A DNA stretch of 64,000 bases from Bacillota bacterium (GTDB lineage Bacteria; Bacillota; SHA-98; UBA4971). The DNA lies in NCBI GenBank assembly GCA_050949175.1, contig JBMNFG010000011.1:195749-259748 (forward strand). The letters run 5' to 3'. This document shows, one piece after another, positions 30,583 through 40,186 of the stretch (the first letter of the stretch is position 1; each line of letters begins with the position of its first letter). The translations under genes were made by a program, and so were the position numbers. The notes under the pieces were generated by a model. It was not told where the DNA came from and did not search any database. It worked only from the letters and a program-made list of their open reading frames with translations.

Positions 30583-31779
30583 TCACTCGTATCTCAGAGC
30601 TTCAATAGGATCCAGGTTCGCTGCCTTATACGCAGGATAGACTCCAAATACGACTCCAGAGAAAGAAGCGGAGATAACCGCGACAGCAATGGAGAACAAT
30701 GATACATATGTAGGCCATTTAGCTATCTTGGCGATCAAGGCAGCCAGCGCCCATCCAAGCAGAATTCCTATCGCTCCACCGACCAGGCAAAGGGATATGG
30801 CCTCAAACAGAAACTGTTTTAAGATATCGCCTTTCTTGGCACCGACAGCTTTCCTTATCCCCACCTCGCGGGTGCGTTCAGTAACTGACACCAGCATGAT
30901 ATTCATAACGCCTATCCCACCAACAAGCAGGGAGATGCCGCCTATGCCTCCAAGAATCACAGTAAATATCCGCGCGACGGTCTCTGTGACCTCCAGAATA
31001 GAAGCACTGCTTATGACACTGAAAGAAGCATCCTTACCATGACGTTGGGCAAGGACTCTTTTGATCTGGTCCATGGCCTCTCTCACTTGGCTCGTGTCGC
31101 GGGCTTCGCAATATATGAAAGCTACTTCGTCACTGCCTGTCATGCGCTTAGAATGAGTAATCGGCAGGTAGACAGACATGTCAGAAGGATTCTCCCCAAA
31201 GATGGTCCTGCCTTCCTCCTTCATGACTCCTATTACAGAAAAACTCTGCCCGTTTACCTTGACCTTTTCGCCTATTGCACCGGATTCGCCGAAAAACTTA
31301 TTCGCCAGGCTTCCGCCGAGGATCACCACAGGACGCTGGATCCTAACATCAAGTTCTTGGAGGAATCTGCCCTCCTTCAGGCGCCCTTGATACATGGTAG
31401 AGAGTCCTTCGTCTGTAAAAGTAGCACTTGTGTTGTATCTGTCCGTGCCGTATTTCACTGTGACCATTCCCACACGTTGCACACTTACACCGGCAACAGC
31501 AGGACACCATTTACGTATCGCCTCGGCATCTTCATACGTCAGTGATTTCCTACGCGCTCCTGAGATTGCCTCTGCAGTATAGTCGGGCTGTACAAAAATA
31601 AGATCGGAGCCGAGCCCGGCCAGCTCCATACTGACCAGCTTTCTCCCGCCTTCGCCTATGGACATCATGGCGATGACAGATGCAATCCCGATCACTATAC
31701 CGAGAAGGGTAAGGGCCGACCGCAGCTTGTTCGTTCTCAAGCTGGCGAGGGCAAGTCTCATGCATTCAAAGAATGTCAA
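30583..31779 (-). CDS. ABC transporter permease, MacB/FtsX family
   Basis: 398 aa. N-terminal TM helix, a large extracytoplasmic domain, and a C-terminal 3-TM FtsX-like region. Confidence 0.85.
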   Translation of the reverse strand: MTFFECMRLALASLRTNKLRSALTLLGIVIGIASVIAMMSIGEGGRKLVSMELAGLGSDLIFVQPDYTAEAISGARRKSLTYEDAEAIRKWCPAVAGVSVQRVGMVTVKYGTDRYNTSATFTDEGLSTMYQGRLKEGRFLQELDVRIQRPVVILGGSLANKFFGESGAIGEKVKVNGQSFSVIGVMKEEGRTIFGENPSDMSVYLPITHSKRMTGSDEVAFIYCEARDTSQVREAMDQIKRVLAQRHGKDASFSVISSASILEVTETVARIFTVILGGIGGISLLVGGIGVMNIMLVSVTERTREVGIRKAVGAKKGDILKQFLFEAISLCLVGGAIGILLGWALAALIAKIAKWPTYVSLFSIAVAVISASFSGVVFGVYPAYKAANLDPIEALRYE

Positions 31780-32504
31780 CTCGCGCCCCCCTTCCCTTCT
31801 TCCGCTCCTGCAGGTCTCTCAAGGATATCTGATCCATTTCCCTCTCTGACGATCAGTCCGTCCCTTATCTCAACAAACCGATCTGCCATAGCCGCTATCT
31901 CAGGGTTGTGAGTGACGAGTATTATGGTTATTCCCTGTTCATGGAGCTCCCTAAGAATCCTCATAACCTCAAGGCCGGACTTGGTGTCAAGGTTTCCTGT
32001 GGGTTCGTCCGCCAGTATGATAGCAGGCTCTGTCACCAAGGCCCTGGCAATCGCCACCCTCTGTGCCTGGCCGCCTGAAAGCTCATTGGGCCTGTGGTGC
32101 GCCCTGTCAGCCAGTCCTACCTTCTCAAGAGCGCTTAAAGCCCGCTTTCTGCGGACAGAACCTTGAACACCGGAGTACACAAGGGGGAGCTCAACGTTTT
32201 CCAGAGCTGTAGCACGGGGCAGGAGGTTGAAGGTTTGAAACACAAACCCGATCTTCTTATTTCGAATCTCAGCCAGCTCATCATCGGACAGTGTGCTTAC
32301 CTCTCTCCCGTCGAGAGAGTAAGTACCGCTCGTAGGCCTGTCAAGGCACCCGAGGATATTCATTAGCGTTGACTTACCTGACCCTGAAGGCCCTATGATA
32401 GCCACTGACTCACCGCGCTCTACCTTGAGGGATACCCCCCTTAGAGCGGCCACCTGGATTGCGCCGGTATCATAAACCTTCTCTATATCCTTTGCATTAA
32501 TCAT
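31776..32504 (-). CDS. ABC transporter ATP-binding protein (MacB/LolD-type)
   Basis: Walker [10 protein letters not shown], signature LSGGQAQR and Walker B ILADEPT. 4-bp overlap with the permease gene. Confidence 0.9.
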   Translation of the reverse strand: MINAKDIEKVYDTGAIQVAALRGVSLKVERGESVAIIGPSGSGKSTLMNILGCLDRPTSGTYSLDGREVSTLSDDELAEIRNKKIGFVFQTFNLLPRATALENVELPLVYSGVQGSVRRKRALSALEKVGLADRAHHRPNELSGGQAQRVAIARALVTEPAIILADEPTGNLDTKSGLEVMRILRELHEQGITIILVTHNPEIAAMADRFVEIRDGLIVREGNGSDILERPAGAEEGKGGAS

Positions 32505-32538
32505 ATAGTGTCACCTTGGTTCATCGTAGTCAGTCACC

Positions 32539-33972
32539 TTAGTTGTGCGTACTTAACCGCACCTGTTTGCCGTCCTCAAGCTGTCGTAAGGCATTGTAGT
32601 CACCGATTATCACCTGGTCGCCGATGTCGATCCCTTCGAGGATCTCCGCATCTATCGCATCTGTACGCCCGATAACCACCTTGATTCGGCGAGCCTTGGA
32701 GTCTTCTTCATCCACCACAAAAATCGCGTCTTCCCCGTCTTTCCCGACAATGGCTTGGATCGGAACCACCAGAGCATTCTCGTTAGAGTATGTAATAATC
32801 TCCACATCTGCGCTCATCCCGGAGCGGAGGTCATTTCCCGGATCATCGACATCTATCAAGACATGGAACCCGGGTGTAATCCCGTCGTGCACTGCCTGAG
32901 GAGCAATCTCTGACACCACGCCGAAGAATGTCTCACCCCACATGGCATCTGTAGAGAAGGTTACACGTTGCCCCACTTTCACCCTGGCAATGTCTGTTTC
33001 ATCTACCTTTGCCCTCACCCTCATGCCGTCGGAAGCCGAGATTACAACAAGGGGCATTCCTTCTGTAACGACTGCGCCTTCCTTTACGGAAACAGCGGTG
33101 ACTACACCGTTCTCGCTCGAGGTTACCGTAGCCTTGGCAAGGGCCGATTCAGCCAACCTGAGTGCGGTATTGGCCTGGGTAAGCCGGGCCTTCACCGCTT
33201 CTCTGCTCTTTTCCTTCAAAACCTCTTGTTCCTTGGCAATGGCCAATGCCATCTCAGCTTCTCTTACCTGGGCCTCTGCAAGCTCCACCTGCTCTCTGGA
33301 AGGCTGCTCAAGAAGAGCCTCATACTGCTTCTTCGCTGCCTGGTGCTGGGCCTTAGCACTCTCAACCCTTGCCCGCGCATCTTCCAAGGCAGCCTTGGTC
33401 ACTGCCCCTTCCTCGTAGAGAGCCTCCATTGCCTCGAGTTGGCGGATTCCCTCGTTCAGTGCGATTTCCGCTTGAGCCACCTGGGCTTCTGCCTGGGCAA
33501 TCTGGGCTTCAGACGGACCCTTGAGGAGATCCTGAAGCTTCATTTTTGCCGCCTGCAGCTGGGTCTCAGCCTGCTGGACAGCGAGGGTTTTACCTGATTC
33601 GCCCGCCAGCTGCGACTCGACCTGCGCAAGTTCCGCTTCCATTGCCACAACTTGCGCTCTAGCCTGCTGCACCTGGGCTTCAAGGTCCTGTGTCTCAAAT
33701 CTTACCAGCCGCTGGCCGGCTTTGACCGTATCCCCTTCCCGCACATAGACCTCTCGTACCCTTCCCGTAATCCCTGCCCTGACCTCTACTGTCCTGGCAG
33801 GCTCGATTACTCCTTGTGCTGACACAGCCACATTAAAAGGGCGCGGCTCGACTTTGATACTGTCTACTGTAATGACATCCTTATCGCCGCCAAGCCTCTT
33901 TCCTGCAACAATTGTCGCCAGGCATATTAAAACAAGCCCTATTATTACTATGGGAAGCCTTCGTCTTACCAA
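32539..33972 (-). CDS. HlyD/MacA-type periplasmic adaptor (efflux membrane fusion protein)
   Basis: 477 aa. N-terminal TM helix, a long Ala/Gln/Glu coiled coil, and beta-barrel/lipoyl regions. Confidence 0.82.
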   Translation of the reverse strand: MVRRRLPIVIIGLVLICLATIVAGKRLGGDKDVITVDSIKVEPRPFNVAVSAQGVIEPARTVEVRAGITGRVREVYVREGDTVKAGQRLVRFETQDLEAQVQQARAQVVAMEAELAQVESQLAGESGKTLAVQQAETQLQAAKMKLQDLLKGPSEAQIAQAEAQVAQAEIALNEGIRQLEAMEALYEEGAVTKAALEDARARVESAKAQHQAAKKQYEALLEQPSREQVELAEAQVREAEMALAIAKEQEVLKEKSREAVKARLTQANTALRLAESALAKATVTSSENGVVTAVSVKEGAVVTEGMPLVVISASDGMRVRAKVDETDIARVKVGQRVTFSTDAMWGETFFGVVSEIAPQAVHDGITPGFHVLIDVDDPGNDLRSGMSADVEIITYSNENALVVPIQAIVGKDGEDAIFVVDEEDSKARRIKVVIGRTDAIDAEILEGIDIGDQVIIGDYNALRQLEDGKQVRLSTHN

Positions 33973-34094
33973 TGGAAGTGACCCCTTTCCCTTGCCATAT
34001 CCTGTAGCACTTCAACTCATTACTCATTCTAATACTTTTTCTAGACTTTGTCCTATTCCACGCACACTCCGGTTTACCTTTTTTCCTTCGCTGA

Positions 34095-34335
34095 AGGTTT
34101 CAGAATGCCCTAAACGGCGTCGGTCTCTCTACAGGGCACCGGTCTTTCCATACAGGGCATAGATTTTTCCCTACACCGCGTAGATATCTCCCTACAAGGC
34201 ATCGGCCTTTCATTACAAGGCATCGGCATCTCCTGAAAATGCATCGGTCCCTCCTTACACAGCATTGGTCTATCCGTACAAAGCATCGGTATCTCCCTAC
34301 AGAGCATCGGTCTCTCCTCACACAGCGCCGGCCTC
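34095..34335. repeat. tandem array F: about 11 units of 22 bp (GGCATCGGTCTCTCCCTACAGA)
   Basis: Direct reading. Lies in the divergent promoter gap between the hlyD-like and YIP1-family genes. Confidence 0.88.
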
Positions 34336-34498
34336 ACGGATCAGGCACCTAAATACCAGGCGGGCGGCGTCCAAGCAAGATGAGAGGATTGGCCCGTCTA
34401 CCTTTCAAGTTACGCTGAACATCAGAGGAAAACCCTGGTTCGCGATGAATATATATGAAACAGTCTTTCTTACCGTAGAAAAGGAGTTGACCTTTATC

Positions 34499-35197
34499 AT
34501 GTCTCATTCAAACTCATCTCGTAAAAAGAGCCTCATTTCCCGTGCGGTAGGTGTGCTTGCAGACCCCGGCCCTACCTTTGAAGATATAGTCAAAAGCCCG
34601 GACTATGTGGCGCCTGTCATATTCATTCTCCTTGCAGGAGTGCTAACGTTAGTAACCACGATTCACACACTTAGAAGCATGCCCGAATTGTTTCCCTCAG
34701 ACATCCCCATGCCTGCCCAGTCCATTACAATAGGGATTTCCTTGGTGACCTTTGTCATAGGGCAGATATTCATATGGCTTTTGCGGGCATTGGTATTCAC
34801 GGGAATAGGAGCGATGATAGGATCAAAGGCAGATTATCGAAAGAGCCTTGCTGTCTCAGGTTACTTAAACATAACCCTTGTGATCTCCGGGATAATAACT
34901 GCAATCGCCATTGCCACCACAGGACAGCCTGTCGTCCTCGGACTGGGAATGACGCTGTCGCCTCAGGATTTAGCTACTGTGAAGGGAGTTATCTTATCAA
35001 ACATAAATGTGTATACCCTCATTTATATTGTCCTAAGCTCTGTCGCACTGGCAAAGTTATGGGACGTGAAAGTATCTAAAGCAGCTTTGATTACAATAAT
35101 AATGTGGATCATAGTTGTAGCTGCTTCAGCCGGTACCGCACATCTAAGCTCTCAACTGACTCAGTTCCAGGTAGACATGGGCGTAAGCCCGAATTAA
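34499..35197 (+). CDS. YIP1-family membrane protein
   Basis: 232 aa with 5 TM helices. ATG at 34499 with an AAGGAG RBS. The upstream part of the ORF-track ORF lies in repeat array F. Confidence 0.6.
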   Translation: MSHSNSSRKKSLISRAVGVLADPGPTFEDIVKSPDYVAPVIFILLAGVLTLVTTIHTLRSMPELFPSDIPMPAQSITIGISLVTFVIGQIFIWLLRALVFTGIGAMIGSKADYRKSLAVSGYLNITLVISGIITAIAIATTGQPVVLGLGMTLSPQDLATVKGVILSNINVYTLIYIVLSSVALAKLWDVKVSKAALITIIMWIIVVAASAGTAHLSSQLTQFQVDMGVSPN

Positions 35198-35229
35198 CCG
35201 GGCTGCTGCAGGCATCACAACCTGCAGCA

Positions 35230-35475
35230 GCTTAATGAAAGAACAGGTTTTCTGAAGATGCTTTTCTGAATGTGCTTTTCTGAATGCGCTTCTCTGAATA
35301 TGGTTTTCCAAAAATGCTTTGTTTGCAAAAACATCCACAGGAAGGAAAGCTATACGAATAAGCTGTACAAACACAATAATAGTTAGAACTCATTCACCTT
35401 GGGCTACTCTATTAGTCACTCTATTAGCTACTCTATTAGTTACTCTATTAGCTACTCTATTAGCTACTCTGTTAC
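35230..35475. repeat. two short arrays: 13-bp unit TGCTTTTCTGAAT x about 6, and 12-bp unit CTACTCTATTAG x about 6.5
   Basis: Direct reading. Lie in the convergent gap between the YIP1 and ade genes; the second overlaps the ade stop region. Confidence 0.85.
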
Positions 35476-37266
35476 TAAAGGCACGTGGCAGAATTGTATA
35501 ACATCCACCAAGCCTCGGTTTGTAATGCGAAGCTCAGGGATGACAGGAAGAGACAGAAGTGCCATTGTCATAAACGGAGATGACAACTTGCAGCCCAAGT
35601 CCTTCCATGCCTGTGCCAACCTGTCGACATTCGCCTGGACTTCTTCTACCGGCTCATCTGACATGAGTCCTGCAATGGGTAGCGGCAAGATAGCTAAAAC
35701 TTTACCGTCTCTTGCAACGACCATCCCTCCACCGACCTCAGCCAGGGTATTGGCTGCAAGGACCATGTCGCCGCCGTCCATACCGACAACAAGCAAGTTA
35801 TGGCTGTCATGTGCGACGGTTGAAGCTGCAGCTCCTGCCTTGAGCCCAAATCCTCTGACAAAACCGCAAGCCATAGTTCCTGTAGCGTTGTGCCTCTCTA
35901 TCACAGCTACCTTTGCCAAATCCTGCCGATGGGAAGCATGAATCTCTCCGTTTTCGTCCGCCACAACTTCTACCTCGGCATGCTTTGTCACAGCCTGACC
36001 GTCTGCCACCTCTATGACTCTAATGCGGACATTCTTTCCTGACGGACCGGCTTTGATACGGAAGTCATCGCGGGAGATAGGATGGGAAAGCCGCACTGAT
36101 TTTGTGGCATGGTCAGGATAGGTCCACTTGGGGAATTCCACGAGCATACGGCCGTTTTCTGCAACGATCTCTCCATCTGCCATGACCTTCTCAGGACGCG
36201 GGTCGGCGAGGTCTCTGATGAACAGAATATCGGCAAACTTGCCAGGGGTAATGCTTCCCAAGTCATGACTCATCCTGAAAGACTCTGCAGCATTGATAGT
36301 CGCCATCTGGATAGCAACTATAGGTGGGGTTCCTTCTTCGATTGCACGCCTAACAACATGGTTCACATGGCCGAGAGTCAGCAAAGTGTCAGGGTGCACA
36401 TCATCTGTAACAAGCACGATACGCCTGGGATCAATACCTGTCTCTGTATAGCTCTTAATCGTAGCCTTGATGTCACGCCAGCCTGACCCTTCCCTGAGCT
36501 TTGCGTACATCCCCAGTCGCAGCTTAGCTAAGCTTTCCTGCCATGTGACAGACTCATGGTCTGAGATGATGCCGCACGCTGCGTAAGCAGAAAGATTCGG
36601 ACCTAGATCAGGGGATGCATAGTGGCCGGTAACTACTTTGCCCGCCTTCAAGGTCTCGGCAATCTTGCTCATGACCTCCTCATCCTGCGCCAGGACACCT
36701 GGGAAGTTCATCATCTCGCCGAGGCCGACTACTTCATCCCAGGCCATGGCAGTTCTGATGTCAGATGCAGTTAGCTCCGCGCCTGCATCTTCCATGCCCG
36801 GCGCTGCAGGAACGCACGACGGCATTGTGGCATAAACCTTAAGAGGGAGCCCCCTACCTTCTTCTATCATCAGCCGAATCCCGTCCAGGCCCAGGACATT
36901 TGCAATCTCGTGGGGATCCATGAAAACAGCAGTAGTCCCACACGGGAGAACCGCCCTGGCAAACTGGCTGACTGTTACCATACTGCTTTCAATATGAAGA
37001 TGTCCGTCCAGAAACCCCGGAACTAAATAGAACCCTTCCGCATCGATAACCTCCGTGTCTTCGCCTATACATGAAGCAGCATCCCCGACAAGAGCAATTC
37101 TCCCAAGGCGAACAGCAACATCCACACCGTCAAGGATTTCACCTGTTATAACGTTAACCAATCGTCCGGAACGAATAACTACATCAGCGGGAACCTTTCC
37201 TGTGGCACATGCCACGAGTTCCCGGCAGACTTCATGAAGAGGTTGCCTTGTTTTCCGTCCTGACAT
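35464..37266 (-). CDS. ade: adenine deaminase
   Basis: 600 aa. Amidohydrolase metal site LVPGFLDGHLHIESSMV and the C-terminal adenine deaminase domain. Confidence 0.88.
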   Translation of the reverse strand: MSGRKTRQPLHEVCRELVACATGKVPADVVIRSGRLVNVITGEILDGVDVAVRLGRIALVGDAASCIGEDTEVIDAEGFYLVPGFLDGHLHIESSMVTVSQFARAVLPCGTTAVFMDPHEIANVLGLDGIRLMIEEGRGLPLKVYATMPSCVPAAPGMEDAGAELTASDIRTAMAWDEVVGLGEMMNFPGVLAQDEEVMSKIAETLKAGKVVTGHYASPDLGPNLSAYAACGIISDHESVTWQESLAKLRLGMYAKLREGSGWRDIKATIKSYTETGIDPRRIVLVTDDVHPDTLLTLGHVNHVVRRAIEEGTPPIVAIQMATINAAESFRMSHDLGSITPGKFADILFIRDLADPRPEKVMADGEIVAENGRMLVEFPKWTYPDHATKSVRLSHPISRDDFRIKAGPSGKNVRIRVIEVADGQAVTKHAEVEVVADENGEIHASHRQDLAKVAVIERHNATGTMACGFVRGFGLKAGAAASTVAHDSHNLLVVGMDGGDMVLAANTLAEVGGGMVVARDGKVLAILPLPIAGLMSDEPVEEVQANVDRLAQAWKDLGCKLSSPFMTMALLSLPVIPELRITNRGLVDVIQFCHVPLVTE

Positions 37267-37269
37267 ACG

Positions 37270-37975
37270 GTCTCTCCCTCCTTAAGTCACGGGCCTTGCA
37301 TCTGTTTAAGTCGCGGACCTTACCCAAGGTTAAGGTAAGGTCCTTACCTATGTTTAAGTCACAGGCCTTACCCATGTTTCCTATGCTATATACCAGACTG
37401 CCGTCTCCTTTGTTTCCTCAGTTGTTTCCCCAGCTATATACCAGGCCGCCGTCTCCTTATGACGGGCTACGATCCCCTCTACACAGCTCTGACTGCCATC
37501 TCCTCATGACGAGCTATGATTCCGCCGCCATAACTATATACTAGACTGCCGTCTCCTTGCCGTCTCCTTATGATGGGCTACGATCCCGCCTCCACGACTC
37601 TGGGCCATAGTTGTGCTTTTCACGTTTGGGCTTTCCATAGTCGTGCCCTTTTGTATTTTTTCTGCAAATTGCTCGCAAGTCCTCCCCTCACTGCTGTGGT
37701 AGGAAACCCTTCATCGGTAAGCTTTTGCTGCTACATTCGCAATTCTCTCCCACCCTGACAGATTCAGGCATTGCCAATAATCTAGTTCAAAGCTTGTCCG
37801 GCTCAAAGTTTGCCCAGTTCACAGCCTGTTTAGTTCAAAGGCCGTTTAGTTCAAAGCCTGTCCCTTTTAAAGCGTTTCCTTTTTAAAGCTTGTCTGTTAC
37901 AAAGCTTATCCATTTCAAAGACTGTCCATCTCAAAGACTGTCCGTTTCAAAGATTGTCCATTTCAAAGATTACGC
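37270..37975. repeat. compound repeat block upstream of ade: GTTTAAGTCRCGGRCCTTRC x4, CTATATACCAGRCYGCCGTCTCCTT x3, then a 20-bp array GTCCATTTCAAAGACTGTCC x about 10
   Basis: Direct reading. Confidence 0.85.
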
Positions 37976-38011
37976 ACGATGGAATTCCTGACATTGTTGC
38001 GGAACGGCGAA

Positions 38012-38495
38012 GCCCCGGTGGTCGAAAACCGCCCACCGTTTGGCTGTTTGATGGCAGTTTTTCTACCACGGTTTTGAGCGTAAGCTCTAAAATGGTAGAG
38101 TTTCGCCCACCAGGAGGCTCAAAGGTGGAAGGTTTTCTACCATGATCAGGCGTTGAGGTGGTAGGATATCGACCACCACGACTCCCATAATCTGACAAAT
38201 CACGGTTTGGTGGTCGAAACTCGCCCACATTTTCTGAAAAAGTGGGCGAAAAACTGCCACCTTTTCCAAAAAAGTGGTAGAGAATCTACCACCTGAGCCT
38301 TAAAAAGCTCCCAAAACCGGGCTCCAACCTGAAAATGTGGTCGATTCTCTACCACCTGAGGCAGTTTTGGTGGTTCAAAATCGTCCATTAATGAGCATTT
38401 GCTCGAAAAAACCGGAAAGTGTGGTCGAGATTGAACCACCTCTTGAAGGAAAGCTGGTTGAAAATCTACCATTTATGAGCATTTGCTCAAACAAA
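38012..38495 (+). repeat. dispersed hairpin-array element, copy 2
   Basis: About 12 cores such as GGTGGTAGAGAATCTACCACC (9-bp perfect stem). About 85-90% identical to copy 3 and to the reverse complement of copy 1. Confidence 0.88.
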
Positions 38496-38689
38496 TCCAA
38501 AAGGATAGTCCAAACTGAACTACTGTTCCTAAGAAACATGGCAGAAACTCGCCTACCCCTACCGACAGTATCGACGGCCGTGGCACCATCGACGGTAATG
38601 AGGAATAATTCTGATCAGAAGAGATCCTGATTAGAAAAACCCTGATCAAGGAGGGTTCGGATCAGGGAAAAGCCCAGCGTGCTCACGTA

Positions 38690-38790
38690 CGGAACAAGCA
38701 TCTATGGGACAACCCCCTATGCGACAACAATCCATGAGACAACAATCCATGAGGCAACAACCTAGGGGACAACAACCTAGGGGACAACAA
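38690..38790. repeat. short array CAACAATCCATGAGR / CAACAACCTAGGGGA x about 6
   Basis: Direct reading. Abuts the 3' end of the dehydrogenase gene. Confidence 0.8.
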
Positions 38791-39778
38791 CGTTTTGCGG
38801 ATTTCCTTCGATGAATCTCAGGATGTTTTCGCAGGTGGTGTCAAGAATGCGCAAGGTAGCCTCGCGGCTGTTGAAGGCATTGTGCGGGGTTATTACCACG
38901 TCTTCCCTGCGTAGAAGCATTTGGTTTTGTACAAATGTCTTCAGGACGTTTTTTGAATAGTCCTTATTCAGAACATAACCCTCTTCCAGCATAAGCTCCT
39001 CACCCTCCAGCACGTCAAGGCCTGCGCCTCCGAGGATCCCTTGGTCCAAAGCCCATACCAGCGCTTCTGTCTCGACTAATCCTCCCCTTGCCGTGTTTAT
39101 CAAGATTGCGCCTTTCTTGACTTTCTTAAGGCTCTCCTTATTAATCAGATGATGAGTCTTCTTGTTGTATGGCACATGCAGCGAGATTACGTCTGACGAG
39201 CCCAGCAGCTCTTCAAATGGGACGTAGCGGTAGCCTAAGACTTCTGCCAAAAAGACATCTTTCTTTGTATCATAGGCTAGGACCTCCATGCCAAAGCCTT
39301 TGGCAATTCTGATTACGTGCATACCGATTTTTCCGCACCCTATGACACCGAGAGTCTTGCGTTTAAGGTCAAACCCTTGCAAATCCTCGAGGGAAAAGTC
39401 TTGACGGATAGTCCTACAGTAAGCCTTATGGACATTTCGCGAAAGCGCCAGTATAAGGGCAAATGTATGTTCAGCGACAGTGTTTTCGCCGTAAAACGGC
39501 ACATTCACCACATGTATCTTGTTCTTCTTACAAAACTCAATATCTATATGGTCGAAACCTGTGGATCTCGTCGCTATCAGCTTGAGTTCAGGGAACTTCC
39601 GAAGAGTATCCGAAGTCAGATGAGAGTAAATGAATACTGAAATGCCCCATGAATCGGTAAGACCGTCAAGGTCGGTCTCCTGCACTGTCTCATGGGAAAA
39701 TGCAGTCTCAACATCGCGAAGACGCGTGCGGTACCTATCCTTTTCCCACTTCCCTACCTCAAAGAAAGCGATTTTCAT
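38777..39778 (-). CDS. D-isomer-specific 2-hydroxyacid dehydrogenase, NAD-binding
   Basis: GVIGCGKIGMHV Rossmann motif and the catalytic R/E/H arrangement. Start MKIAFF at 39778; the ORF is open to 39817. Confidence 0.85.
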   Translation of the reverse strand: MKIAFFEVGKWEKDRYRTRLRDVETAFSHETVQETDLDGLTDSWGISVFIYSHLTSDTLRKFPELKLIATRSTGFDHIDIEFCKKNKIHVVNVPFYGENTVAEHTFALILALSRNVHKAYCRTIRQDFSLEDLQGFDLKRKTLGVIGCGKIGMHVIRIAKGFGMEVLAYDTKKDVFLAEVLGYRYVPFEELLGSSDVISLHVPYNKKTHHLINKESLKKVKKGAILINTARGGLVETEALVWALDQGILGGAGLDVLEGEELMLEEGYVLNKDYSKNVLKTFVQNQMLLRREDVVITPHNAFNSREATLRILDTTCENILRFIEGNPQNVVVP

Positions 39779-39861
39779 AGGCTTAGTTTGCCACGGGCCT
39801 CTTGCACTCATGCGCAAGGGGTGTCATAATAATAAAGACATGAAAATTCCATAAAGATGTC

Positions 39862-39980
39862 CGCTGGGGGTGCTGCACATCTCTTCTGTGTGTGGCTGAG
39901 AAGGTCTAGTTAAGGCCTACCCTTTGAACCTGATCACATAATGTCCTGGGTAATGCCAGCGTAGGGAAGCGGGTGATATC
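39862..39980 (+). promoter_or_regulatory. TPP (THI-box) riboswitch aptamer
   Basis: GGGGGUGCUG...GGCUGAGAAGG...UACCCUUUGAACCUGAUC...GGGUAAUGCCAGCGUAGGGAAGCGGG matches the TPP riboswitch consensus blocks. It carries an about 11-nt insertion, ACAUAAUGUCC, between the CUGAUC and GGGUAAU blocks. Confidence 0.85.
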
Positions 39981-40008
39981 TGGTAAGAAGAGGCGTAAGA
40001 TTAGGTTG

Positions 40009-40050
40009 AAAAGGCCGCGGACACATTAGAGTCCCGCGGCCTTAAGTTTT
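40009..40050 (+). terminator. riboswitch expression-platform terminator
   Basis: GGCCGCGGAC-N10-GUCCCGCGGCC followed by UUAAGUUUU. Confidence 0.65.
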
Positions 40051-40059
40051 AATGGGGTA

Positions 40060-40150
40060 CTGATCGGAAAAACTATCAGAAATCCGGGAAAGTATCAGAA
40101 ACACCACAAAGCATGAGAAACTCCACAAAGCATTAGAAACACCGCTTAGG
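40060..40150. repeat. array M: about 18-bp units AGCATKAGAAACYCCACAA x about 5, inside the thiT leader
   Basis: Direct reading. Lies between the riboswitch terminator and the thiT RBS. Confidence 0.8.
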
Positions 40151-40186
40151 TAAGTCCTAGATTACTTTCAGAGGAGTTGTTCAAAA

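Noticed and set aside
37267-37700. Purine riboswitch upstream of adenine deaminase
   Set aside because: The minus-strand leader lacks the conserved UAUA...GGGAUAUGGCCC...GUUUCUACC blocks. The region is repeat DNA.
37947-38630. Small ORFs inside the three dispersed-element copies (6948-7214, 37947-38228, 38337-38630, 59114-59407, 59453-59671) that look conserved between copies
   Set aside because: The protein similarity simply mirrors about 88% DNA identity. The frames translate the GGTGGT...ACCACC hairpins into VVExxPP repeats, and the frame and strand are not conserved in copy 1. No start or RBS context.
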